This document shows, piece after piece, positions 24,935 through 37,225 of a stretch of 64,000 nucleotides of DNA. The DNA is from Mobula hypostoma. Lineage: Eukaryota. The DNA lies in assembly GCF_963921235.1 (NCBI RefSeq), contig NC_086118.1, positions 27,716,001 through 27,780,000 on the forward strand, given 5' to 3'. The notes beneath the pieces are model-generated. The model had not been told where the DNA came from, made no database searches, and saw only the letters and a list, made by a program, of their open reading frames with translations. The translations under genes were made by a program, and so were the position numbers. The first letter of the stretch is position 1. Each line of letters starts with the position of its first letter.

Positions 24935-26710
24935 CAGAAGAGATGTAACCATTCCTGAATCACTGAGAGTGTACCTTTAGGCATCTGTACCTCCTTCCTG
25001 ACAATTACACTGAGAAGAGGGCATGACCCAGGTGATGGGAATCCTTAAAGATGGACGCTGCCCTTCTGAGACATTGGTCCTTGAAGATGTCTGGGATACT
25101 ACGGAAGCTAGTACCCAAGATGGGGCTGAGTGATTTTAAAAGTCTTTTTTTGAATGTTTGGGGTGACAAACCAAATCTCCTCAAACTCCTAATGATTGAG
25201 AAGTAAGTCTTGCCACCTTTATAGCTGCATTGATGTATTGGGACTAGGTCAGATCCTTGGAGTTCTGGGCGCCCAGGAACTTGAAATTGCTCAGTCTCTC
25301 CACCTCTGATCCCGCTGAGGATTGGTTTGTAATCCCTCATCTTACCCTTCCTGAAGTCCACTATCAACTCTTTGGTCTTACTGACATTGAGCGCCAGGTT
25401 GTTGCTGTGACACCACTCCACTAGCCGGTGTACCTCGCTCCTGTACACTCTCTTGTCTCCATCTGAGCTCTGGCAACAATGGTTGTATCATCAGCAAATT
25501 TATAGATGGCATTTGAGCTATGCCAAGCCACACAGTCATGGATATTGAGAGAGTAGAGCAGTAGCCTAAGCCTGCATCTCTGAGGTGCGCCAGTTTTGAT
25601 TATCTGTGAGGAGGAGATAATTACAACGTTTGTAATACCAATCCGCACAGGTTGTGGTCTTCCAGTTAGGTCATCAAGGATCCAATTGAAAAGGAGTACA
25701 GAGACACAGGTTCCATAGCTTACTGACTAGGACTGTAGGAATAATGGTGATAAATGCTGAGCTATAGTCAATAAACAGCACCCTGTCAAAGATGTCTGCA
25801 TTCTCCAGGTGATCTAAGGCTGTGTGACAAGCCATTGAGATTGCATCTGCCATAGACCTATTGTGGTGAAAGGCAAATTGCTGTGGGTTCAGGTCCTTGT
25901 TGAGCAGGAGTAGATTCTGGCATGACCAACCTCGCAAAGCATTTCAACACTATAGATATGAGTGCTACTGGACAATGGTCATTAAGACATCTCACACTAC
26001 TCTTCTTGGGCACTGGTATAATCACTGCCCTTTTGAAGAAGGTGGGAATGTCTGACCGTAGCAATAAGAGTTCGAAAATATCCTTGAATATACCCATCAG
26101 TTGGTTGGCACAAGTTTTCAGACCCTTACCAGGTACTCCATTATGACCTGCCACCTTACAAAAGTCCACCCTCTTGAAAGATGGTCTGAGATCGGCCTTC
26201 GAGACAGGGTCACAGGGTCACCAGGTGCAGCAGGGATCTTCACAGCTGTAGTTATTCACCCTTTCAAAGCAGGCATAAAAGGCATTGAGCTTGTCTGATA
26301 GTGAAGCATCGCTGCCACTCATGTTATTGGGTTTTACTTTGTAGGAAGTAATGTCCTGCAAGCACCCTGCCAGAGTTGACGTACATCTGATGTCACCACA
26401 ATATTGCTCAGAATTATTTCTTTTCTCTTGAAGTAGCTCTCCACAAGTCATATCTGGTTTTTTTGTACAGGCCTGTGTCAACAGACTTAAATGCCATAGA
26501 TCTAATCCTCAGCAAACGATGAGCCTCCTGGTTCATCCGTGACTTTTGGTTTGGGAATGTACACCAAGTTTTCACAGGCATACATCCATATACACAGATT
26601 TTAATGAATTTGTTAACAACTGCAGCATAATCATCAAGATTTGAAGATGAATTGCTGAATACGGTCCAGAACAGCTATTCAAAGCAGTCCTGTAAGCGCT
26701 CCTAGCGAGG
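24935..26710 (-). mobile_element. Degenerate Rex1/Babar-like LINE
   Basis: IIPVPKKSSVRCLNDHCPVAL, VLFIDYSSAF, IYKFADDTTIV and EWCHSNNLALNVSKTKELIVDFRKGK in shifted frames. Confidence 0.9.
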
Positions 26711-26899
26711 ATCTTGTGGTTATAGTCGGTATTATTTCCATCGGTTTTAAACAGTTATAAATTATCAGTTGCCTTCAAATATCTTTATTAGACCATGGAT
26801 GCAGCTATGATTCTCAGCTATTGGAGGCTGAAACGGGAATATTTAATCATATCCATCAAGCTGCTCCACCACAAGTTTGGTCTTTTGAAGGTGCCCCAG

Positions 26900-27318
26900 A
26901 ATACACAGATGCTCTTCTGCACATCACTGTGGTAATGTGTGATTATTTGAGTTGCCCTCCTGCCAGCTTGAACCATTCTGGCTATTTTCCTCTGACCTCT
27001 CTTACTAGCAAAGTGTTTTTGCTTACAAAACTGCTGCTCACTGGATATTATTTTTGTTACTCGCACCGTTCTCTGTGAACTCTAAAGACAATGTGCTTGA
27101 GAATCCCAGGAGATCAACAGTTTCTGAGATACTCAATCAACCCCATCAGGCACCAACAATCATTCCATGTACAAAGTAACTTAGATCACATTTCTTCCCA
27201 TTCTGATGTTTGGTTTGAACAACTGAGCCTCTTGACCATGTCTGCATGCTTTGATGCATTGAGTTGCTGCCACATGATCGGCTGATTAAGTATTTGTATT
27301 AAAGCAGGTGTACCTAGT
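26900..27318 (-). mobile_element. Tc1-like transposon fragment (5' UTR and DNA-binding N-terminus)
   Basis: Minus strand reads ...LSDFEHGMIVGA*WG..SISETVDLLG and KRGQRKIARMVQAGRRATQIITHY, typical of fish Tc1 elements. Confidence 0.75.
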
Positions 27319-28159
27319 GTAAATTTTGAGATGTTCATTAATAATTCATAGGTTATTTCAAGATAGATGTATTGTAAATGCTTTGATTTTGTTGTGATTT
27401 TAAGCAGGGTTTTATTTGATTGTGAAGTCTTGCCTTTAAACACTAATTCTATGGCTCCTGAACATTGTCTGTTGGTTCTCCAGGTCTGCTCAGCACCTCT
27501 GCACTTTTAGTGCAGATTGAATGACAGCTTTGAAAAAGTAATTGGTTAAATATTTCAAGGAGAAGAAAAAATGCAATGGAAGAGAATATAGCCATGGGAA
27601 AAATGTATTGTTTTTCAGAAAAGCTTGCATGGACTTGATCAGTTGTAGAAATCAGTGACTTCTGTTCCAAGTAAATACATTTGCAATAAAGTACTCAAAA
27701 CAGACAACTCCCACCCCAATGTTTATTCATTATTTTAAAAATAAAACAAATCAAATTAGATGTAATAAAACTGAAAAATTCTGTAGTAAATACGCAGCAG
27801 ATCAAACAACAATTATGACAGGAAAAATTTTTCTGTTGTTGCTGTCGAACCTACTGAATTTCTTTTTCTTTATTTATTCGGATTTCCAGTATCTGCAGGT
27901 ATTTTGGTTTTCATTAGGTAACAGAGTTCCTCCTTAAGCCTGAATTTTACTTGTCAGAAATGGCGGTTTTAATTCCTGAAGTAGTGTGATTTCATTTTTT
28001 AAAAATGTAGATATAGATATATCTTTCCATTGGCAAATGTGTTTAAAGAAAAGAAATAAAATAATTTTATGTTGTGCAACTGGAACTAATGGTTTTGTAA
28101 TTAAAAGAACCTGACTATTGCTGACATTGCTCTGTTTACTGCAGCAGTAGGTTCTTTAA

Positions 28160-28370
28160 GGTTGTCATAGCCAGGGAAGGTAGTGGGGATAAGTTCCCAC
28201 TATCTATTAAATATCCCCCCAGTGGAGTGCATTTCAGATAGCCTCTGACAGCTAAGTCTAGCTCCTGGCCTTCATGTGTGGCTTAGTTACTAAGTCTGGT
28301 GGAACTGACAGAAGAAGAGGTGAAGGTGGGGTTACTGCACCTTAAAGCCAGTCACTTTGGGCAGATGCTA
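28160..28370 (+). mobile_element. RTE-type LINE/SINE 5' end remnant containing an HDV-like ribozyme fold
   Basis: Nested pairings P1, P2 and P3 at 28250-28314 (detailed in findings), plus the upstream hairpin GTAGTGGG/CCCACTAT. The RTE assignment is inference. Confidence 0.5.
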
Positions 28371-30489
28371 ACTTGATAAAATATATACTTCTTGAAATGT
28401 CATTATATTAAATCTTTCTCAGCAGGGAAGGGCCACATTGACTATTGGATTGTCAAGTATAAATAGAACAGATTCATGCTGTACTGTGTAGCATTTGTGT
28501 TATTCAAAGACTGTATGGTACTATGTGGCTTTAACACAATCAATATTTTGACATTTTGTCCCAAGATGGGTATGCATGGAAAATGGGTTTTCTTATTTTT
28601 GGTGGTTTTTTTTGCATTTTGGTTCTGCTCAAAAATTAAGATTTGATCAAGAACTAACTTAGTTTGTATCCAGAAAGAAGTTTTGAAATGGGATCTTTTT
28701 TCCTGGAGGCAGACTGCACAATTGAATCAAGCTGTCAACACGTATCGCTACAACAATCAGAGAAGTGCCCACTTAAAGGTACATCCCTCAGAGCAGTCTC
28801 TCAGCAGAAATATGCAATTATAGCCGGTATTGATGACCCAGAGGTTACGAGAGAGAGAGAGAGCTTCATCATTTTCTGAAAAGGACTTTGGGGCTATGGT
28901 GCATGCAGTACCTGACACGGGAGAGGTTATGTGTGCAGAGGAGGGGAAGAACAAGAAAACCTGTGCCCACCATTTTAATAGAATACCATTAGACTGTAGT
29001 TGCCTCCTTCAGAAGCCAGAAGCCCATGATGGAGAAATTCTTATAAAAAATACAATCACAATCTTACACGTCAAGATGAGCTGCAAACCAATGTAAATAT
29101 TGGTCTCTTGTTCAGAATTGTTTTTTCTGCTCACATAATTGCAAAAAAAAACTCACTCTCTAGTAAAAACACTCTCAAACTTGCATTAACTCTTAACAGT
29201 TGCATCTTAACTTTTAACTATTCTACACATCCTCTTCTACACTACCTCCAGCATCACCCCACCACTCCATCTTCTGCAGCCCACAAAGTTAGGGCAATGA
29301 AAAGCTTCCTCTCCTCCACTTAAGTTAAGATAGTGAGGAATAGGAGGGAGTTCACCTCCATACATGCCCAGCAGCCCTTTTGACTTCAGAGTATAATTGG
29401 GTTAAAAGAAGGAGCACCAATGAAAAGTCTGTAAGAAATCTGCAACAATTTCCAGCAATATTTCATTATGATTACTGCATCCCATTTAATCTGACCTACG
29501 ATGGAATATCTCTGCTACACCATCTTGAATGCAGCCTGCATCCATTTTGCAGCTGGTGTTCACCTGGAAAATCCCATATCCCAGTTTCCCGGAAGATGTT
29601 GTGAGAGAGAGAGGGATGAAGAGGATGATCTCAGAAACGAACACTGAGATGGACTAGACTGAAAGTGATACAAATCACAGAGTTACATTTGCCACCAGCA
29701 GGCTGCAGTGTTGCCTGGAGAAAGGAGTCTGCACATCAGCAGACCGCTCTCCTTGATCAGGAAATAAGTGCATTACTTGAGCAGGTTTTGGAAATACTGA
29801 AGATTATGAATCTGCCTCCATGAAAGACATGTGGAGACCCTCCTCTCTTCAGGAGCAGATTCACTCATGTCTCCTAGGAGCAGTGAAGAACTGCCATACT
29901 CTGAGATCCACTCACCATGAACATGGAGACATAATCTTGTGTGCATGCACACTTCTCAGTACCCCACCCTCATCCCATCCAACCCCTGATCCTCTCCTTC
30001 AGTGTCTCATCTCAAGCTCCCCCCCAGTACCCCCCTCATTCTCACCATTCCCCTGCTCCCTCTTCTTTCACTTACCACCCTCCAGTTAATCAATTGACTC
30101 TTCTTTCCCCTCGTGGTTTCTTCTCCCCTAAATCCAGCTACTGCTGCTTGCACTCTCCAAGGACAAGACCACCACCAACCATTTACTTTGCGAATACTCA
30201 ATTGCCTTCCCCTATCTCCACCCAGTCCCAACTGACACGGTATCTAAAATCTGTGGCACAGCCCACAGCTGACCAGAACTATCCTAGAAGACATCAGGAA
30301 GTCTTCACCTGCCCTCCTGATGCATCCCCGCATCAACTAGCATTTCTGCAGAATGCATTCCATGAACTCATCGTCCTAGCTCCTAGCTTGGTTTGGTCCA
30401 TCTGTATGAAGATTAAAATAATGCCATTTTGCATTACTCTTGCTGATTGGACAGTATTCTGTCAACACTGTGACTACAGTTTGGAGATC

Positions 30490-33012
30490 TGATAATGCAA
30501 CCCACCGGCATGTCTGCTCTCGTGTGCGAGCACTCGAGTAGCGTATGATGCTCTCATGAGGTGTTGTCTATTGGTAGGTCCTCCGATGGCTGTAGAGGTA
30601 GATCTGGAATCGATTTATTCTGATGCAATATAGACAGGAGTAAGTGGTAGCTGTGTTTAATGGTTGGGTCTCTTGGTTTTTAAGTCTCTCCTTTCGCAGC
30701 TGCCATTTGCTCTCTGTGGACCTCTTGGAATGCACCCTTGGGTTCTGAAGGAAGTAGCAGGAGAGATTGCAGAGGCATAAACGATGATCTTTCAAGAATC
30801 AATAGATTCTGGCATTGTACCGGCTGACTGGAAAATTGCAAATGTTACTCCGCTATTTAAGAAGGGTGTGAGGCAGAAGAAAGGAAACTATAGACCTGTT
30901 AGCCTGACATCAGTGGTTCAGAAGATGTTGGAGTTGATTGTTAGGAATGAGATTACACAGTACCTGGAGGCACATGACAAGATAGGCCAAAGCCAGAATG
31001 GTTTCCTGGAAGGAAAATCATACCTGACAAACCTACGGAAATTCTTTGAGGAAATTACAAGTAAGGTAGACAAAGGAGATGCAGTAGATGTGGTGTACTT
31101 GGATTTTCAGAAAACCTTTGACAAGGTGCTGCACATGAGGCAAGAAAAGAGTCCATGGAATTACAGGGAAGTTACTAGCATGGGTGAAGCATTGCCTGGT
31201 CGGCAGATAACAGAGAGTGGGAATAAAGGGGTCCTACTCTGGTTGGCTGCCGGTTACCAGTGGAGTTCCTCAGGGGTTCGTGTTGGGATCGCTGCTTTTT
31301 ACAATGTATGTCAATGATTTGGATTACGGTATTAATGGATCTGTGGCTAAATTTGCTGATGATACAAAGATAGGTGGAGGAACGGGTAGTGTTGAGGAAA
31401 CAGAGAGCCTGCAGAGAGACTTAGGTAGTTTAGGGGTATAGACAAAGTGGCAAATGAAACACAATGTTGGAAAGTGTATGCTCATGCACTTTGGTGGAAG
31501 AAATAAACGGGCAGACTATTATTTAGATGGAGAGAGAATTCAAAATGCAGAGATGCAAAGGAACTTGGGAGCCCTTGTACAAGATATCCTAAAGGTTAAC
31601 CTCCAGGTTGAGTCAGTTGTGAAGAAGGCGAATGCAATGTTGGCATTTATTTCTAGAGGTATAGAATATAAGAGCAGGGATGTGATGTTGAGGCTCTATA
31701 AGGCATTGTTGAGACCACATTTGGAGTATTGTGTGCAGTTTTGGGCTCCTTATTTTAGAAAGGATATACTGACATTGGAGAGGGTTCAGGGAAGATTCAC
31801 AAGAATGATTCCAGGAATGAAAGGGTTACTGTATGAGGAATGTCTGGCAGCTCTTGGGCTGTATTCCCTGGAGTTCAGGAGAATGAGGGAGGGGGGAGGG
31901 TGGAATCTCATAGAAATTTTCCAAATATTAAAAGACCTGAACAGATTAGATATGTCAAAGTTATTTCCCATGGTGGGGGATTCTAGGACAGGAGGGTGCG
32001 ACTTCAGGATTGGAAGACGTCCATTTAGAACTGAGATGCGGAGAAGTTACTTTCATCAGAGGGTGGTATATCTATGGAATTTGTTGCCACGAGTGGTTGT
32101 GGAGGCCAAGTCATTGGGTGTATTTAAGGCAGAGATAGATAGGTTCTTGATTAGCCAGGGCACCAAAGGGTATGGGGAGAAGGCAGGGGAATGGAAGAAT
32201 TGGATCAGTCTATGATTGAATAGTGGAGCAGACTCGATGGGCTGAATGGCCTACTTCTGCTCCTGTATCTTATGATCTTATAGTAGAGGTTGTTCTCATA
32301 TAGCATATATCCCCCTTGATCATATTTTCTCCAGGTGTACCATTGTGTGCGATGTCTGCCCAGTTTTTAGATGTAATGTTGAAATTCTTCAGGCTGATTT
32401 TGTTGTTATCTTTGAAACGTTTCCTTTGCCCACCAGAAGCTTTCTGACCTTCTGTCAACTAGAGTAAAGGATCTGGGTGGAGACAAGAGCTAGGCATGCG
32501 GTTAACATGACCTATCCAGCGGAGTTGGTATTGTTGTATCACGGTAGAGATGCTGCTCTTGTTGGCCTCTTCCAATCCACTTGCATAGTGCGTCTGCCCT
32601 GCCAGATGATCCTCCATCTCTCATAAGGATCTTTGGTATTGATCCAGGCTTTCATGAAGCTGCTATGGGCGGTCCCTGGTTCAGTTCCATACAGTAATGC
32701 AGGAAGGAAGACTGCTCTATAGACAAAGTATTGTTTGGACCTGTAGGCCAGTCTTCAAAAACTGCTTTCCTTAATCTTGCATAGACTCTACTAGTCCTGC
32801 TCAGGTGGTGGTTGATTGAGTCGATGTCTGCTTTTGAGGAGACAAGTTTTAGTATTTTTCCTTTTCCACGTTTTGATCCTACATCCATTTTCTGGGTAGA
32901 GTTGCTTTTCTTTTTTATTTTTATATTTCATTATCAGTTCCATCACGCATTGATCTCCATTGATTTTCTTTTGGATAAGGTAAACAATTGTAAAATATCA
33001 TCTACAACCTTG
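30490..33012 (-). mobile_element. Degenerate RTE-clade LINE 3' part, split by a CR1 (30727-32283) and bounded by the Penelope at 33013
   Basis: GQKASGGQRKRFKDNNKISLKNFNITSKNW (32270-32458), LVSSKADIDSINHHLSRTSRVYARLRKAVF (32652-32888) and the C-terminal YSCLYC...LYSHRRT (30568-30650). Confidence 0.75.
30727..32283 (+). mobile_element. CR1 LINE, 5'-truncated, with frameshifted RT
   Basis: DWKIANVTPLFKKG..NYRPVSLTS, YLDFQKTFDKV, GVPQGFVLG, KFADDTKI and RPHLEYCVQFW. (TCTTATGA)n tail. Confidence 0.95.
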
Positions 33013-33404
33013 CAACACACATAATAGTTGCTGCTGAACGCAACAGGCCAGGCAGCATCTCTAGGAAAAGGTGCAGTCAGCGTTTCAGGCTGAGACCCTT
33101 CGTCAGGACTAACTGAAGGAAGAGTGAGTAAGGGATTTGAAAGTTGGAGGGGGAGGAGGAGATCCAAAATGATAGGAGAAGACAGGAGGGGGAGGGATGG
33201 AGCCAAGAGCTGGACAGGTGATAGGCAAAAGGGATACGAGAGGATCATGGGACAGGAGGTCCGAGAAGAAAGACGGGGGTGGGGGGGACCCAGAGGATGG
33301 GCAAGGGGTATATTCAGAGGGACAGAGGGAGAAAAAGGAGAGTGAGAGAAAGAATGTGTGTATAAAAATAAGTAACAGATGGGGTATGAGGGGGAGGTGG
33401 GGCA

Positions 33405-35716
33405 TTAGCGGAAGTTGGAGAAGTCGATGTTCATGCCATCAGGTTGGAGGCTACTCAGACGGAATATAAGGTGTTGTTCCTCCAACCTGAGTGTGGCTTC
33501 ATCTTTACAGTAGAGGAGGCCGTGGATAGACATGTCAGAATGGGAATGGGATGTGGAATTAAAATGTGTGGCCACTGGGAGATCCTACTTTCTCTGGCGG
33601 ACAGAGCGTAGATGTTTAGCAAAGCGGTCTCCCAGTCTACGTCGGGTCTCGCCAATATATAAAAGGCCACATCGGGAGCACCGGACGCAGTATATCACCC
33701 CAGCCGACTCACAGGTGAAGTGTTGCCTCACCTGGAAGGACTGTTTGGGGCCCTGAATGGTGGTAAGGGAGGAAGTGTAAGGGCATGTGTAGCACTTGTT
33801 CCGCTTACACGGATAAGTGCCAGGAGGGAGATCAGTGGGGAGGGATGGGGGGGACGAATGGACAAAGGAGTTGCGTAGGGAGCGATCCCTGCGGAATGCC
33901 GGGGGGGGGCGGGAGGGAAAGATGTGCTTAGTGGTGGGATCCCGTTGGAGGTGGGGGAAGTTACGGAGTATAATATGTTGGACCCGGAGGCTGGTGGGGT
34001 GGTAAGTGAGGACCAGGGGAACCTTATTCCTAGTGGGGTGGCGGGAGGATGGAGTGAGAGCAGATGTATGTGAAATGGGGGAGATGCGTTTAAGAGCAGA
34101 GTTGATGGTGGAGGAAGGGAAGCCCCTTTCTTTAAAAAATGAAGACATTTCCCTCGTCCGAGAATGAAAAGCCTCATCCTGAGAACAAATGCGGCAGAGA
34201 CGGAGGAATTGCGAGAAGGGGATGGCGTTTTTGCAAGAGACAGGGTGAGAAGAGGAATAGTCCAGATAGCTGTGAGAGTCAGTAGGCTTATAGTAGACAT
34301 CAGTGAATAAGCTGTCTCCAGAGACAGAGACAGAAAGATCTAGAAAGGGGAGGGAGGTGTCGGAAATGGACCAGGTAAACTTGAGGGCAGGGTGAAAGTT
34401 GGAGGCAAAGTTAATAAAGTCAACGAGCTCTGCATGCGTGCAGGAAGCAGCGCCAATGCAGTTGTCGATGTAGTGATGGAAAAGTTGGGGACCGATGCCA
34501 GAATAGGCACGGAACATAGATTGTTCCACAAAGCCAACAAAAAGGCAGGCATAGCTAGGACCCATACGGGTGCCCATAGCTACACCTTTAGTTTGGAGGA
34601 AGTGGGAGGAGCCAAAGGAGAAATTATTAAGAGTAAGGACTAATTCCGCTGAATGGAGCAGAGTGGTGGTAGAGGGGAACTGATTAGGTCTGGAATCCAA
34701 AAAGAAGCGTAGAGCTTTGAAACCTTCCTGATGGGGGATGGAAGTATATAGGGACTGGACATCCATGGTGAAGATAAAGCGGTGGGGGCCAGGGAACTTA
34801 AAATCATCGAAAAGTTTAAGAGCGTGAGAAGTGTCACGAACATAGGTCGGAAGGGATTGAACAAGGGGGGATAAAACAGTGTCGAGGTATGCAGAAATGA
34901 GTTCGGTGGGGCAGGAGCAAGCTGAGACAATAGGTCTGCCAGGACAGGCAGGTTTGTGGATCTTGGGTAGGAGGTAGAAACGGGAAGTGCGGGGTGTGGG
35001 AACTACAAGGTTGGTAGCAGTGGATGGGATATCCCCTGAGCGGATAAAGTCGGTGATGATGTGGGAGACAATGGCTTGATGCTCCTCAGTGGGGTCACGA
35101 TCGAGGGGTAAATAAGAGGAGGTATCCGCGAGTTGTCGTCGTGCCTTGGCAAGGTAGAGGTCAGTACGCCAGACTACAACAGCACCCCCCTTATCGGCGG
35201 GTTTAATAATAAGGTTAGGATTAGTGCAGAGGGAGTGGAGAGCAGAGCGTTCCGAAGGAGTGAGGTTGGAATGGGGACAAGGTGCGGTGAAGTCGAGACG
35301 GTTGATGTCCCGTCGGCAGTTAGCAATAAAGAGATCCAGAGCAGGCAGAAGACCAGAGTGGGGTGTCCATGAAGAAGAGGAAGGTTGAAGACGGGAGAAG
35401 GGGTCATTGGTCGGGGTGGAAGAGTCCTTGCCGAAGAAGTAGGCTCGGAGACGGAGACGATGGAAGAAGCGTTCCGCATCATGGCGAACACGGAACTCGC
35501 TGAGGTGTGGGCGAAGGGGGACAAAGGTGAGGCCCTTACTGAGGACAGAGCGCTCTGCCTCCGACAGTTGAAGGTCGGAGGGGATGGTAAAGACCCGGCA
35601 CGGATGAGAGCTGGGATCAGAGGGGGGAGGGGGGAGGCTGGGGGTGTCAATGGAGAGGGGAGGGTTGGGGTGAGAGGAAGATGGAGCCTCTGAGGGCCCA
35701 GGAGCTGACGATGGGA
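33405..35716 (-). pseudogene. PLE reverse transcriptase plus Cys-rich linker plus GIY-YIG endonuclease, 5'-truncated and probably inactive
   Basis: LSKGLTFVP, IIKPADKGGAVVV, FYLLPKIHK..PGRPIVS, MDVQSLYTSIP, GVAMGTRMGPSYA, CKRNKCYTC and VIYCVRCSRCGLLYIGET. The catalytic YIDD reads YIDN. A TAG at 33585-33587 replaces the CAG found in sister copies, and the frame continues to TAA at 33405-33407. Confidence 0.92.
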
Positions 35717-35925
35717 TCTTTCTCTCACTCTCCTTTTTCTCCCTCTGTCCCTCTGAATATACCCCTTGCCCATCCTCTGGTTCCCCCCCCCCTTGTCTTT
35801 CTTCCCGGACCTCCTGTCCCATGATACTCTCGTATCCCTTTTGCCTATCACCTGTCCAGCTCTTGGCTCCATCCCTCCCCCTCCCTCTCCAACTTTCAAA
35901 TCCCCTACTCACTCTTCCTTCAGTT

Positions 35926-35961
35926 AGTCCTGACGAAGGGTCTCGGCCTGAAACGTCGACT
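35926..35961 (+). ncRNA. Minimal type I hammerhead ribozyme motif in the pLTR
   Basis: Stem I AGTC/GACT, core CTGACGA (35930-35936), stem II AGG/CCT, GAAA (35950-35953), then CGTC. Predicted cleavage is after C35957. Helix III is reduced to the palindrome ACGT, as described for PLE hammerheads. Confidence 0.85.
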
Positions 35962-36724
35962 GCACCTCTTCCTATAGATGCTGCCTAGCCTGCTGCGTTC
36001 ACCAGCAACTTTTATGTGTGTTGCTTGAATTTCCAGCATCTGCAGAATTCCTGTTGTTTACCTACAACCTTGATCACCTTGGATCCCCCAGCAATATATA
36101 TCTATCAAACCAACCTGCCTCTATTTTGCTGTCTCCACTGCTATAATTAAACACAGAAGCTTTAATTTTAGTATTTTTACTGATATAGCCTGAGCCATTA
36201 ATCCTCTATAATTATTATTAAACTCTGACTTTTCCTGTTGCAATCTGAGTGATTTCAGCAAAGCTGTCAATCTAGTAATTTAATTGTCTGATGTATTTCC
36301 AATAAGGATTGTTTCTTTTTACCAGTTTGTAGAATGGGCACTTCAAATTGACTCTCCAGATAGAGCAAGAACACTTGCAGGTTTGATTTTTCTCTTCCAA
36401 GCTTTCTGCCCAGACACTTTCTTCTCTTTACTAGTTTTGAAACCAACCTAAAAATCTTAGTTACTTGATTTGCCAGTGAAACTGATCCCAGTCAAGTTCA
36501 AGAGGAAAAACTTCCTCAATCTGCAGCCCCCTTTAAATTGAAACTCCTGTTTCCTTTCAGACCTTTCAAACTTTTTGTTCTTTTGGCTTTTTTCTGCATC
36601 GGTCAGGTAGTATTCCTATTACTTTACATTGATGTTGGACGTAGCCACCAACCTGACAGCATAACCATTGATTTTTCTCTTTCTGCTATTTTTTCCCTTC
36701 CCCTTCCCTCTTTTTCTATTAGAT

Positions 36725-37225
36725 CACAAACACAAGAAAATCTGCAGATGCTGGAAGTTCAAAGCAACACATACAAAATGCTGGAGGAACTCAGCAGGTC
36801 AGGCAGCGTCTATGGAAAAGATTAAACAGCCGGCTGTTTATTCTTTTCCACAGGCGCTGCCTAACCTGCTGAGTTCTTCCAGCACTTTTTGTGTGCTACT
36901 CTTCTATTCCCCACTCTGGCCTCTTGCCCTCTCCTCACCTTCCTATCACCTCCCCTGGTGCCCCCCTTTCTTCCATGGGCCACTCTCATCTCCTATCCGA
37001 GTCCTTCCTCTCCAAACCTTTACCTTTCCCACTCACCTGGCTTCTCCCATCACCTTTCAGTTAGTTCTCCTTCCCCTCCCCTAATTTTTTTTTATTCTGG
37101 CACCTTTCCCCTTCCTTACCAGCACTGACAAAGGATCTCAGCCTGAAACGTCAACTGCTTGCTTATTTATTTCCATAGATGCTGCCTGACCTGCTGAGTT
37201 CTTCCAGCAATTTGTATGTGTTACT
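36725..37225. mobile_element. Solo Penelope pLTR rearrangement: a fold-back hairpin followed by a plus-strand pLTR
   Basis: Inverted arms ~36762-36831 and 36832-36898, then a pyrimidine-rich pLTR with decayed hammerhead CTGACAAAGGATCTCAGCCTGAAACGTC at ~37125-37152. Confidence 0.82.

Larger units (their letters stand above)
33013..36061 (-). mobile_element. Penelope-like (Neptune-type) element with inverted pseudo-LTRs
   Basis: Inverted repeats at 33013-33353 and 35717-36024, with an extra ~36-nt tail on the right arm only. TSD CTACAACCTTG at 33002-33012 and 36062-36072. Internal RT plus GIY-YIG ORF. Confidence 0.96.

Noticed and set aside
28664..29096. Two adjacent ORFs that look like possible exons
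   Set aside because: No recognisable protein, no convincing splice-site pair, and they contain a (GA)n run.
29941..30492. 183-aa Pro/Ser/His-rich ORF
   Set aside because: It comes from a pyrimidine-rich low-complexity tract with a non-ATG start and no domain; probably decayed repeat.
33728..35899. Overlapping 190-aa and 241-aa ORFs in the Penelope element
   Set aside because: They are alternative frames of GC-rich, strand-biased TE sequence with no motifs.
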